A DNA stretch of 64,000 bases from Candidatus Bathyarchaeota archaeon (GCA_963833575.1 CAWHXY010000005.1:46005-110004); one strand, 5' to 3'. Numbered from the stretch's first letter, positions 48,444-58,775 are shown. Program-made: numbers and translations. The notes: generated by a model from the letters alone, not told the origin.

Positions 48444-51119
48444 ATGCAAAATTTTGAAAACAAAATCTTAGCTATAGTAATCTCGATGTTTATGATAATC
48501 GCAATCGGAGCATTACTACCCCTGCATGCACAAACTGCAAACAACATTCAAACTTATCCATACATTAATGTCGCCCCAAACCCTACCGGCGTTGGACAAC
48601 CAGTGACAGTTAACTTTTGGCTTGCCGTACCAAACGCAGATCAAGAACTCGTAACAAACATGACAGTACACGTAACACATCCAGATGGAACAACCGAAAC
48701 ACTCGGACCATTTACCTCAGATCTTACTGGAGGCACAACTACTCGATACACTCCAACGGCGGTTGGCAACTATACATTCCAATTCTTCTACGGCGGACAA
48801 ACACTTGCTGGAGCCCCTAATGCTTTCGGAGGCCCAACATTCGCAGGATATGTTAACCTACCTAGTCAAAGCGCTGTGGCAACTCTTATAGTGCAACAAA
48901 ACCCAGTGACCGGTATTCCATTTACTCCGCTTCCAACAAGTTGGTGGCAGACTCCAATTAACGCAGAAAACGTTCAAAATTGGGCTTCCATCAGTGGATC
49001 ATGGATGGGATACGCTGCAAATACATTCGCCAACACTGGAGCATTTAATGACACAGGCAACTATAACCCATATACAACAACACCTCTCACTGCTCACATA
49101 CTCTGGACAAAGCCCTGGTGTATTGGCGGCGTCGCAGGAGGAGCACTCGGTAACGACGAGCAAAACAGCAACTACTGGACAACCTCACAATATGACCCGA
49201 AATTTGCGCCAGTAATAATGGACGGAATAATGTACTCAACTTGGTATACAACCAACACCGGTGGCCAGCAAGGAATCATGGCAACAAACCTATACAATGG
49301 ACAAACCATATGGGTGATAAACACCACTGACCCCTTAAGATGCGGCATGATAGTCAACTTCGAAAACATCAATCAATACGGCGAAGTCGGTCCATACATC
49401 GTCACACAAGGTGGCGGCGGACTTTTCGCACCTCCTGGCAATTGGAAATTATATGACGGTTTAACTGGTCAATATCAATGCGAAATCGATAACACTCCCT
49501 CGTTCTCTTTCCTCGGACAAGACGCAAATGGCAACATAATTGGCTACGCTTTCAGTAGCGTTACTGGTAATATTACTGCATATCCCAACGGAAGATTTGG
49601 AGCATTTGGCAATGCCATTCAAGGAGTAACTTATACCATTAAGAACACGACTGTCTACGGACCTGCATTGATAATGTACAACTTGACAGCAGCCATGCAA
49701 GAAACCGGTTTGAACTGGGCCATAACGCTAGGCACGAAGTATTCATGGACTGACGGAATAGAATGGGTAACTCAATCGCTACCTCCAGTTGTTAACGGCA
49801 TATCTACAGCAGGCTTAGGCGGTTCAGCTTTTGGCTATTCAGCATGGTCAGGCAATACACTAGTGATGAGCGCAGGAGCCACCTCTGTCGAAGAAACATT
49901 AGGCTGGCTAGTCGAAGCAGGCTTTAGCGCAACCGACGGCTCATTACTGTGGATACAAAATCGAACAGGAGGCGCATACGTACCTTTCACAAGGACAAGC
50001 AATACCCCCTCAGCCGCAGCTGGAGTCTACGTTGAAATAAACCAAGCTACCTATGACATGGAAGCCTTCTCTCTAACTACAGGCCAAAAAGTATGGGAAA
50101 ACTCTCTCAATGTGCTAATGTCTGACGGTCACATGCCAAACACTTATGACGAATTTGACTTCGAAACTGTTCCAGACACAACAACTGGCGTATTGTACGT
50201 TTGGGCTTTAGGAGGAGACGTTTGGGCTGTCAACATGACAAACGGTGCTATTATCTGGTCGTTTAGTTCTGCACAGGCCAACGGAGACGCAGGAACTGAA
50301 ACACCCTACGGTATTTACCCAATATGGGTCTTCTCTGACGAAGCTCTAGCAGGCAGTACCAGCCCAGTACTATATCTCTCTGAAGGTCACGAATACAGTC
50401 CACCACTATTCCACAATGCACAAGTATTAGCAATAAACGGCACTACAGGACAATTAATATGGAGCAACCTAGCTTTCGATGACACAGCAACAGCAGTAGC
50501 ATATGGAGTAATGACGACATTTAACTCCTACGACGGCCAGATTTACGCTTACGCACAAGGACCAAGCAAAACAACCATCAGCGCACCACAAATCGGCGTA
50601 TCAACAGCCACACCAGTGACAATTACAGGTACAGTAACTGATGTTTCTGCCGGCGCATCCCAACAAGCAGTTGCAGCAAACTTCCCCAATGGATTACCAT
50701 GCGTTTCTGACGCCAGCATGACACCGTTTATGGAAGCAGTTTATGAGCAGCAAGCAATGCCACACAACATCACCGGAGTTCCAGTGACAATATCTGTTAC
50801 AGACTCTAACGGCAACTACAGAGACATCGGAACAACAACAAGCAATGCCTACGGCACCTACAGCCTAGTATGGACACCAGATATTACAGGCAATTACACA
50901 GTCACCGCAACCTTCGCAGGCTCAGGAGCATACTATCCATCGTCAGCAGCAACAGCATTCTACGCAAGTAGCCCACCAGCAACTCAAGCGCCAACAGCCG
51001 CACCCGCGTCAAACTTAGCAACATCAGTCGAACTAATGACATACATAGTCATAGCAGTAATCGCAATAATTATTGCAATAGCTATAGTCGGCATACTTGT
51101 ACTAAGAAAGCATGCATAA
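48444..51119 (+). CDS. large secreted surface protein with PQQ-like beta-propeller and C-terminal TM anchor
   Basis: Signal peptide, repeated A...TG...W blades, Ig-like segments, P/T/A linker, TM and KKH tail. Confidence 0.8.
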   Translation: MQNFENKILAIVISMFMIIAIGALLPLHAQTANNIQTYPYINVAPNPTGVGQPVTVNFWLAVPNADQELVTNMTVHVTHPDGTTETLGPFTSDLTGGTTTRYTPTAVGNYTFQFFYGGQTLAGAPNAFGGPTFAGYVNLPSQSAVATLIVQQNPVTGIPFTPLPTSWWQTPINAENVQNWASISGSWMGYAANTFANTGAFNDTGNYNPYTTTPLTAHILWTKPWCIGGVAGGALGNDEQNSNYWTTSQYDPKFAPVIMDGIMYSTWYTTNTGGQQGIMATNLYNGQTIWVINTTDPLRCGMIVNFENINQYGEVGPYIVTQGGGGLFAPPGNWKLYDGLTGQYQCEIDNTPSFSFLGQDANGNIIGYAFSSVTGNITAYPNGRFGAFGNAIQGVTYTIKNTTVYGPALIMYNLTAAMQETGLNWAITLGTKYSWTDGIEWVTQSLPPVVNGISTAGLGGSAFGYSAWSGNTLVMSAGATSVEETLGWLVEAGFSATDGSLLWIQNRTGGAYVPFTRTSNTPSAAAGVYVEINQATYDMEAFSLTTGQKVWENSLNVLMSDGHMPNTYDEFDFETVPDTTTGVLYVWALGGDVWAVNMTNGAIIWSFSSAQANGDAGTETPYGIYPIWVFSDEALAGSTSPVLYLSEGHEYSPPLFHNAQVLAINGTTGQLIWSNLAFDDTATAVAYGVMTTFNSYDGQIYAYAQGPSKTTISAPQIGVSTATPVTITGTVTDVSAGASQQAVAANFPNGLPCVSDASMTPFMEAVYEQQAMPHNITGVPVTISVTDSNGNYRDIGTTTSNAYGTYSLVWTPDITGNYTVTATFAGSGAYYPSSAATAFYASSPPATQAPTAAPASNLATSVELMTYIVIAVIAIIIAIAIVGILVLRKHA

Positions 51120-51325
51120 AAACAGCATAAACCAAAATCCTTTCCTTTTTTTCGATTCACTTCTTCTAATGTTTTTGATAACGAGTCAAAATAGTGCAAA
51201 GATAAGTAGATTTTGTCGCCGGACTTAGATGAATTTCTATAACAAGCCAGCGGTAAGTCTATTCTAATCCAACCAAGAATAATCCTAAATACCACTTATT
51301 CTCTAATAGAAAGTGGTAATTCATT

Positions 51326-51836
51326 TTGGGAAGCTATTCTGAAATTGCAACTGATGCATATATTCTGAGGGAAGTTGGTGATTCAAAATCTATCACAATA
51401 TTTGGATGCCCCTACTGTGCTAACCAAAGCGTTGGGTATGCGAAAGACATTTCGGAAATTGGGAAAGTATCGCTTTTTGGTTTCCATTTTGATCCTTACC
51501 CGATGGGTCAAGAAGCTAACCGCATTAAGCAATTGTTAGAAAGCAAAGGAAAAACCGCAAACATCAAGTTCTTCAATCTTCCTCTTCCGCCATTTTGCCA
51601 GCTAAATCAGAAAGCCCGAAGCGCTGTAGCTAAGTCTTTCAAAAATTCTGATGCAGCAATCGCTTTGAGTTGCATGGGGAGGAATAAAAAGTGCACTGCC
51701 AAACGCAAAGGTGGTTCATGGAATGGCTACTTTGGGCACACTTGCAGCTTATCTGAGCGTTGAGAAGGGAAAAATGTTTTTGGACAAATCTAAGAGCAAA
51801 GTTGTTCGTTTCAGAGAAATGGGGCAGACCACATAG
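51326..51836 (+). pseudogene. frameshifted Cys-containing protein (weak resemblance to MTHFR-associated MetV-type proteins)
   Basis: GCPYCAN...C...DAAIALSC; frame changes at about 51673 and continues WGGIKSALPNAKVVHGMATLG... to TAG at 51836. Confidence 0.55.
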
Positions 51837-52041
51837 AGACTAAGACCAATAGTCAATTCAAAAGTAGATTCGGATGAACATAGTCAATGTATTAGTGTAT
51901 TCTCATCCCTGACAGTGAAATCTCGTTAGGCTCTCTCGCAGTATTGAATTGCATGGTCATTAAGTAGGTGGCGGTATGGCTCTCGAAAGACATGGTAAAC
52001 TTGGTTTGCCAGCTAATTTTCCAAAAGCTTACATACACAGC

Positions 52042-52243
52042 GAGAAGTAAGAACAACAACAGTTGCCAGTAGTACCGGGTTGTTGTTCTTCTCTTGAAAG
52101 AAGGAGGAGGACAATCGCAGGGAGCACCGTCCTCCTTCTTCTAACTGGTTAAAAAAGAAGAAACCTGCGGTGGGCACTTCTTCTGCTGATTCGGTTTGTC
52201 TGTTGAGCTTTCAAGTATTGAAGAGATATTTGTCTAAAGGTTA
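52042..52243 (+). repeat. triple-hairpin direct repeat, copy 1
   Basis: Aligns with 56832-57038; three inverted-repeat units and terminal AGCTTTCAAGTATTGAAGA. Confidence 0.92.
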
Positions 52244-53173
52244 TGTCAAGAATTCCTCAAGATATTGTATGATTAAAGCGTAAGCTTGAATTTCGTTGGG
52301 GCCAACTCTGTTGTTTTCTTGGTCACGCGTAATCAGTGTAGTGCCTTCATGTTCTCCGACTGGATTATTATTTTTAATTCGATAGACACATCGAATGACC
52401 TTATCAGCCTGAATCTGGAAGGTAAGCAGAGGAAATTTTATGTCCGATAAATGTAAATCGAATTTTCCTCCTGTTTTTGGTTCAATGATGAAATTTTCTG
52501 TTTCTTCAAATTTTAGAAGACTTTGCAATAGTGAACCGTTATATTGTGGAAACCGAGGTTGCTTTCGTAGGGTGGCTTTTCTTCTGACTTCATTAATCTT
52601 GCTTTCAATAATTTCTCTATCCCAAAGTTCTACATTTGACTTTTGAACATCTGCAATTGCTTGTTGAGTAAAATACCCGGTGACTAATACAATCGACTTT
52701 TGGCACCCGTAGATACGTTTCGCTTCATATGATATTAGAACAAAAGCCTCCGACACCACGCAAGTTTTAGGAATCCTTCGGGCCTGAACCGCGAATGTTT
52801 CGCCATCCTTGATAGCGACTAAATCAACCCCTAAACGAGTTGGATTTTTTTCTAGGTGGATTTCGTATCCTAGTTCTTCAAATAGCCATTTTATGAAAAA
52901 TTCAAATTCCTTTTCCGAGAGGCAGTCAACTGAATAAGCGCTTGTTTTAGCTGGAGCTTCTGGATTATCGGTTTTTTGTAAGATTGCTCTAACGGTTTTT
53001 TGCTCGATTTTTTTTGTTGTTTTTTGGAAGTATTCTTTTTTTATTCTGGTTGCCAGCTCTTCTGCCTTGTAATCAGGAAGTTGAAGTTTCTCTTGCAGAA
53101 ATTGTGCGATGTCGATGTTTGGGTGTTGGTTTCTGATTTCTTCCAAGACACCGTTGAACTTCAAATTGTCCAT
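52241..53173 (-). CDS. Mrr-like restriction endonuclease domain protein
   Basis: LS..EFE.....LF...GY, GVDL, AVQAR, VTGYFTQQA, VELWDR. Confidence 0.8.
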   Translation of the reverse strand: MDNLKFNGVLEEIRNQHPNIDIAQFLQEKLQLPDYKAEELATRIKKEYFQKTTKKIEQKTVRAILQKTDNPEAPAKTSAYSVDCLSEKEFEFFIKWLFEELGYEIHLEKNPTRLGVDLVAIKDGETFAVQARRIPKTCVVSEAFVLISYEAKRIYGCQKSIVLVTGYFTQQAIADVQKSNVELWDREIIESKINEVRRKATLRKQPRFPQYNGSLLQSLLKFEETENFIIEPKTGGKFDLHLSDIKFPLLTFQIQADKVIRCVYRIKNNNPVGEHEGTTLITRDQENNRVGPNEIQAYALIIQYLEEFLT

Positions 53174-53174
53174 C

Positions 53175-54638
53175 TTAGTGCTCCTTCAATTTATCCATAC
53201 AGCTAGTGCATAATCTTTCCCCTGTGGTTTTGCTAACCTTTACTTCATCAATTCCAAAAATTGATTGGCAATAATCACATCTAGCAGCATGTTTTGGGCA
53301 TAATTTTCTCTTGAACTCGTGTGTAGAAGTTAGGTTCAATTTTGAGAAAATTTCGCCGCAAAAATCGCAATGGTCATAGTGAAAAATGCATATACTTGAT
53401 TCGTCGTGGCTGCATTTGAATTCTAGTAAGCGACTGTGCTTCTTGCCGCAGACAGAGCAGACAAAACCTGAGTCTTGTTCAAAATATTCATTTAATGTTT
53501 CATCCAATTTTAGTGATGCTTTTTTTGAGTAAATTTTTGCTGTGTCGATGGATTGTTTAATGCAATTTTTGCAGACATAGAGTGAATCTTGAGTTGCGTA
53601 ACCTTCTGAGAAAGTGTTTCGGCATATGGGGCAAGTAGCTTCTGGAACATGATTAATGCCTAGTGTGATTGCTGACTGTATGATTGAGTTATTGTCGAGA
53701 TTTAATTCAAAATGAACCTTAGTTGTGTTGATTACAAGTAGGTTGATGAATTTTACTGCTATGTTGGTTGTTAGTGTTTCTTCTTCTCTTTTTAGGAGTG
53801 CTTCGTGAGTGGCTTGCCATTTCTGCGAGTCTAAATCGTATTTGTTATGAATGGCCTGTTCCAAATTTTGCCTTCGAATTCTTTTGTCGAACCTTCTTAG
53901 TTTAGTCTCCTTTTCCTTGCTGAGCGGTAAATCAAAGAGAATCAACTTTTCTTTAAGCATAGATTCCAATTTTTTGTCTGCAGTCCCTTTTAATTCATCA
54001 AAAATCTTTGGCTTAAGCTTCGCCTTGAAATCTTGAATTTCTATTGTTTCATTAATCAAAATGCTTTTTGCGTTGAAATCTTCTTCGCTGGCAATATTTC
54101 CTTCCTCATCTATCAATAGTACAATCAATTCTTCATTTCTTGGTCTCAATTTGTTTCGAAATGTTGCAGAGAAATAGAATTGAAAATACCTAATGGGCTC
54201 TTTTTTCAGAATTTTTATTGAAGCAATTTTTCCATTTCGTATTTGGTGGTAACATGATTGGATATTTTCGCAGACACTAATCATTTCTTCGCCACTATCT
54301 ACCTTCTTGCAGTCCTGACAAACAAAGGGCGAATCTTTAAAGATACTTTTGAGTAAAGTTTCAAACTCATTTTTTACGTTAACTTTGATTTGGCATAGTA
54401 CACCGTCATCTAAACATTCGTTTAGTATTTGCTGGAATGTTGGACTTCCGAGAGTTACTAAAATTGATTTTTTTTCTCGCGCTACTTCTGGTTCATAAGT
54501 GTACTCTGTAGCGTTTGTTTGGTTTTGGTATTTAATAGTGAAAACTTCGTTTGATTGCTCAATTAACTCGCCCTTTTTGGAATTGACAAATGATCTGATA
54601 AAGTTATGAACTTTTGTGACCGAGTATTTTTTGCTCAA
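53175..54638 (-). CDS. hypothetical protein with multiple zinc fingers (possibly YqhG-like)
   Basis: Many CxxC/CxxH pairs in the C-terminal third; coupled downstream of SNF2 gene. Confidence 0.7.
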   Translation of the reverse strand: MSKKYSVTKVHNFIRSFVNSKKGELIEQSNEVFTIKYQNQTNATEYTYEPEVAREKKSILVTLGSPTFQQILNECLDDGVLCQIKVNVKNEFETLLKSIFKDSPFVCQDCKKVDSGEEMISVCENIQSCYHQIRNGKIASIKILKKEPIRYFQFYFSATFRNKLRPRNEELIVLLIDEEGNIASEEDFNAKSILINETIEIQDFKAKLKPKIFDELKGTADKKLESMLKEKLILFDLPLSKEKETKLRRFDKRIRRQNLEQAIHNKYDLDSQKWQATHEALLKREEETLTTNIAVKFINLLVINTTKVHFELNLDNNSIIQSAITLGINHVPEATCPICRNTFSEGYATQDSLYVCKNCIKQSIDTAKIYSKKASLKLDETLNEYFEQDSGFVCSVCGKKHSRLLEFKCSHDESSICIFHYDHCDFCGEIFSKLNLTSTHEFKRKLCPKHAARCDYCQSIFGIDEVKVSKTTGERLCTSCMDKLKEH

Positions 54639-56659
54639 TCAATTACCCCTTGCATGAACTTTTCAGACAACTCTTGATTTTTCCTTGAAACGCTCAAGTC
54701 CTCAGCAAGTTTTTCCAGATCTTTCTTTATGTCGAAGCGTGAATTGCTTCTTAACAGAATATCCATGATTGTTTTTTGGATGTCTTGTGACCCTTCTTTC
54801 AATTCTGCCAAAACGGTTTCCATTTTACCGATTGTCATTGTAAACAAATCGATTTTTTGGTATAAAATGTGAAGCACATAGTCGTCAATGGTGTCTTTTA
54901 TACTTAAGTTGAAAACGGTGACATCGCGATCCTGCTTATACCTATGGATTCGGCCAATTCTTTGCTCAATTTTCATTGGGTTCCAATGTAAATCATAATT
55001 GAACATTACAGAGCAATTTTGAAGGTTTAGTCCTTCAGCGGCAGAATCGGTTGCAACCAAATATTTGATTTCACCTTTCTTGAACGCTGAAATAACGCTG
55101 TCTCTTTCGTTTTGACTCATATTACCTAAGTGGACAGCAGACTTTCCAAATTCTTGATCCAATATTTCCTTAAGCTTGTGAGCTGTGATTCTTCTCAGGC
55201 AAAATATTAGTGCTTGCTCATTTGGGATTTCGTTCAGAACTTGTTTTAGAAGTTTAATTTTTGAGCTCTCTACTTCTTTTGCCATTTCAATTAGTTTATT
55301 TGTTGCTTGAGTTTCAGATGGGAAACGTTCCTGTCTTTTTTGCAAGGATTCAATTGAGGCTTCAGGGGAACTTGAAAAAGACTGCTGAAGAGCAATAGCT
55401 TGGAAGATCAGAATCGCTTTGCTTTGAGATTCGCTCATTTTTCTGATTGGGTTCTCCCGCATCAAGGTTTCAATTGTTTTAAAATTATTTTTGTAAATAT
55501 CCTGCAGATATTCGATTGCTTTATCAATAAACGCACGCTCGTTTTCATCAGCCTCAAGTGTTCTAGAGTCAACGTGTCGCTTCGTAAACGGTATGCCGGT
55601 TTGTTCTCTTCGAGTACGGCACATTACCTCTCGAAGGATTTGCCTTAATTGATATGCACTTTCAGGTTTTACAACACGGTTTTTAGTGTCTTCTGCAAAT
55701 CGAGAAACGAATAAGCGTTCACTGTCAAATATGCCGGGTTGGATTAAATCTAAAATGCTATACAAATCGGTTAGTTTATTACACAAGGGCGTCGCGGTAA
55801 GAAGCAAGAAATGGTTTTTTCTGAGGTTTGCTAAGAAACCTCTCCCCTTGCTGTGGGTGTTTCTAAAAGCGTGAGCTTCATCTACTACAATTAAATCCCA
55901 GGTTCGACTTGCTAAATCATCATATTTTCTTGCCATCAGATTATGTGAGCAAATTATTCTGTTGTTTGTTCTCAAATCAACTCTATGATTATTTGCTACA
56001 GTGAAGTCTTCTCCAAATTTTTCTGCCATTTCAGTTTTCCATTGAGACAGCAGACTTTTTGGAGCAATAACAAGAATTGAATTTATTTCATCTCTTAACA
56101 GTAACTCCTTCATGATGAGGCCGGCTTCGATTGTTTTGCCAAGTCCCACTTCATCGGCAAGTATTGCGTTTCCATTCATTTCATTTATTACTTGAAGTGC
56201 AATCTGCATTTGAAAATTGTATGGTACTATTTTTGCTCGTAAAGCATCTGCAGAGATTAACTTGTCAATTTGGCATGAACGCTTGATTTCAAGCGCTTCT
56301 AAGTTAAGCCTGAAAGTCTCAAAACTTGAAAATGTTTTACGTTCCAAGAGTCTTTTTATGTTGTGCTGATCAGAAAAACTGCAAAAATACCTATGCCTAA
56401 CTTTACCACTTGCTGTTTCCTCTTCCACCTCCAAACTCTGAATTGGACCGCTGTTGGATAAATCTGCTAAGGGTCTGCTTTGCAGTTTTTTCCTAATTTT
56501 TTTTGCGGGGGGCGGCTGTGTCTCGATGCTGTCCATTTTTTTTGCAGATGATTCGAGGCTTTGAAGGGGAGTGCATTTTTCACAAGTATTATCACAAGAA
56601 TTAGAAATTACTGAATCGGGTTGCTGGCCTTCGAGGTTGTTTTTGAGCTTAACAGGCAA
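54635..56659 (-). CDS. SNF2-family helicase/ATPase (YqhH/RapA-like)
   Basis: LADEVGLGKT, DEAH, LLTATP, EGLNLQ, YDLHWNP..IEQRIGRIHR. Confidence 0.93.
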   Translation of the reverse strand: MPVKLKNNLEGQQPDSVISNSCDNTCEKCTPLQSLESSAKKMDSIETQPPPAKKIRKKLQSRPLADLSNSGPIQSLEVEEETASGKVRHRYFCSFSDQHNIKRLLERKTFSSFETFRLNLEALEIKRSCQIDKLISADALRAKIVPYNFQMQIALQVINEMNGNAILADEVGLGKTIEAGLIMKELLLRDEINSILVIAPKSLLSQWKTEMAEKFGEDFTVANNHRVDLRTNNRIICSHNLMARKYDDLASRTWDLIVVDEAHAFRNTHSKGRGFLANLRKNHFLLLTATPLCNKLTDLYSILDLIQPGIFDSERLFVSRFAEDTKNRVVKPESAYQLRQILREVMCRTRREQTGIPFTKRHVDSRTLEADENERAFIDKAIEYLQDIYKNNFKTIETLMRENPIRKMSESQSKAILIFQAIALQQSFSSSPEASIESLQKRQERFPSETQATNKLIEMAKEVESSKIKLLKQVLNEIPNEQALIFCLRRITAHKLKEILDQEFGKSAVHLGNMSQNERDSVISAFKKGEIKYLVATDSAAEGLNLQNCSVMFNYDLHWNPMKIEQRIGRIHRYKQDRDVTVFNLSIKDTIDDYVLHILYQKIDLFTMTIGKMETVLAELKEGSQDIQKTIMDILLRSNSRFDIKKDLEKLAEDLSVSRKNQELSEKFMQGVID

Positions 56660-56831
56660 GAGTATCGCGTTCTACTCGATAACACACTATAAAAAGATGG
56701 ATGGTTAAAAAACAATTTATCAAAATTAACTGTGATTAAAGAAAAAGCAAGTGTTGCAAACCTAACGAAGGCTCAGGTTTCATAACTGACGCGTTGTTGT
56801 TAGGATTTGAACTCTCTTTGTGCAGGATGTT

Positions 56832-57038
56832 CAGAGAAGAAGAACAACAACAGTTGTTGGGTGCACCGGGTTGTTGTTCTTCTCTTGAAAGAAGGAGGAG
56901 GACAATTGCAGGGAGCACCGTCCTCCTTCTTCTGACTTTGAAAGAAGAAGAAACTCGCAGGAAACACTCATCTTCTTCTACCTGTTTGGAGTTAACTGAT
57001 TAGCTTTCAAGTATTGAAGATATGTTTGTGGAAAATTA
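56832..57038 (+). repeat. triple-hairpin direct repeat, copy 2
   Basis: Aligns with 52042-52243. Confidence 0.92.
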
Positions 57039-57130
57039 ACAAGTTACCCATTCTGGGCATTGCGTTTTTTAACTGACTAAGTGGCAAGACCGGGCGTTTT
57101 CAGCTAATTTCCCATTACATTTACACACTT

Positions 57131-57156
57131 AAACACATATACTTATAAGTGTGTTT
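57131..57156. promoter_or_regulatory. imperfect palindrome over a TATA-like box upstream of the RHH gene
   Basis: AAACAC-ATAT-ACTTATAAGT-GTGTTT. Confidence 0.4.
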
Positions 57157-57264
57157 GTATGTATGTGCTAATGTAAATAAGCGAGTTCAAAGGGACAAAA
57201 AAGATAAGAACACATGCAAACATGGCAACCCGTTTATTTCAAAAATAAAAACAAGTGAATAAAA

Positions 57265-57405
57265 TTGGGCCGCATAAACGTTGATATCTCAGACGATCTG
57301 GAAAAACAGCTAAGACTAAAAACAGTGGAAACATTCGGCGGCAAAAAAGGCGACTTATCCAAAGCTGTCCAAGAAGCAGTCAAAACATGGATCGGCAACA
57401 AATAA
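57265..57405 (+). CDS. ribbon-helix-helix protein (not in ORF track)
   Basis: Hand translation MGRINVDISDDLEKQLRLKTVETFGGKKGDLSKAVQEAVKTWIGNK (TTG start). Confidence 0.8.
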   Translation: MGRINVDISDDLEKQLRLKTVETFGGKKGDLSKAVQEAVKTWIGNK

Positions 57406-57636
57406 AGAGTCGCCTCTTCCTCAATGACGATAACTATATTATAAGAAGCCTGTGTAAAAGGCCAGGGCAAGCCAGCTAGCCTGGAACATCCTCGCATGAG
57501 GGTTATGGGCGATCTAGCTGGAAAGATCCCTTGGAAAAATAGTCCCAAACAAGCCACGGCGTTATTATTTGCCCGCTTAAAAAAAAATTCGAGAATGTTC
57601 TCGCAAATAAACAGTAAGTGTATGGAGTAAGAAATT

Positions 57637-58611
57637 ATGAGTATAACCCAAATTATTAATCCTAATGAAGTCCAAAAAACTAATCATCCTATAGTTGATA
57701 AGTGCCCAGAATGTACAAGCAAAAATCTGGTTCACGATAATGACACAGGCGAAACCATCTGCGGTGATTGTGGCCTTGTTGTTTATGAACAAATGATGGA
57801 TAAAGGTCCGGAATGGCGGGCTTTTACACAAGAAGAGAAAACATCGAGAAGCCGCGTTGGCATGCCGACATCATATTCAATTCATGATAAAGGATTATCT
57901 ACAGCTATCAGCCAAGTAGACAGAGACGCCTTCGGAAGAAAACTACCAATATCCACAAGGCTACAGATGTGGCGGCTTAGGAAATGGCAAATACGCAGCC
58001 GAGTACACTCATCTACCGATCGAAACCTTGCCCAAGCAATGGCTGAACTTGAGCGTTTATCCAGCAAAATTTCCATCTCACCGCCTATAAAAGAAAAAGC
58101 CGCCGTTGCTTACAGAAAAGCACTCGACAAAGGCTTAGTCCGAGGCAGATCAATCAACGCCATCGCCGCAGCTTCGCTTTATGCTGCTTGCCGCAAAAGC
58201 GGATCACCTAGAACCCTCAGTGAAATCGCTGAAGCAAGTCTAGTTAACAAGAAAGATGTTGCAAGATGTTACAGACTTCTGCTGCAAGAGCTCGACTTTC
58301 ACATGCCCATTTCTGACCCAATGACATACGTCTCAAAAATTGCAGGAAAAACTGGAATATCAGGTAAAACACAGGGCACCGCCATAGCAATACTCAGAGA
58401 GGCTAGACAAAAACGATTTTCAGCAGGAAAAGACCCTATGGGCTTAGCTGCCGCTGCTCTCTATATCGCATGTTTGCAGAACACCGAAAAAAATACACAA
58501 AAAGACATCGCGGAAGCAGCTGGAGTCACCGAAGTCACAGTTAGAAACAGATACAAAGCATTGAAGAGACAGCTAAACCTCGAAGTACCTGATTCAAAAA
58601 TTTGTTCTTAG
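57637..58611 (+). CDS. tfb: transcription initiation factor IIB
   Basis: CPEC..CGDCG zinc ribbon, GPEWRAF, RSRVG, RNL..A, GKDP.G.AAA.LY, VTEVTVRNRYK. Confidence 0.96.
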   Translation: MSITQIINPNEVQKTNHPIVDKCPECTSKNLVHDNDTGETICGDCGLVVYEQMMDKGPEWRAFTQEEKTSRSRVGMPTSYSIHDKGLSTAISQVDRDAFGRKLPISTRLQMWRLRKWQIRSRVHSSTDRNLAQAMAELERLSSKISISPPIKEKAAVAYRKALDKGLVRGRSINAIAAASLYAACRKSGSPRTLSEIAEASLVNKKDVARCYRLLLQELDFHMPISDPMTYVSKIAGKTGISGKTQGTAIAILREARQKRFSAGKDPMGLAAAALYIACLQNTEKNTQKDIAEAAGVTEVTVRNRYKALKRQLNLEVPDSKICS

Positions 58612-58775
58612 CCTATTGCGCTAATTCACGCCTACTCTTTTAGTATGCTCAAACGTCGTATCCCGCCAATTTCTTGACAAGCTTTAGCCCGCTGTGCTTC
58701 TCAAATCAGCAAATTTTGGTTCGCAAGAAAGCTCAAAAGCCTCCTGACCCGTTTAGCTGTTTCTAATGATTCAAC

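Noticed and set aside
52042-52243. Triple-hairpin repeats as CRISPR or TIGR arrays
   Set aside because: Only three units per copy, stems vary while loops are shared, and no Cas or Nop-domain protein is visible nearby.
56736-57003. ORFs 56736-56918(-) and 56794-57003(+)
   Set aside because: Low-complexity translations of the hairpin repeat (EEEQQQ, RRRR, LLLL) with no recognisable protein features.
57234-57557. 107-aa minus-strand ORF
   Set aside because: Antisense to the more convincing RHH gene at 57265-57405.
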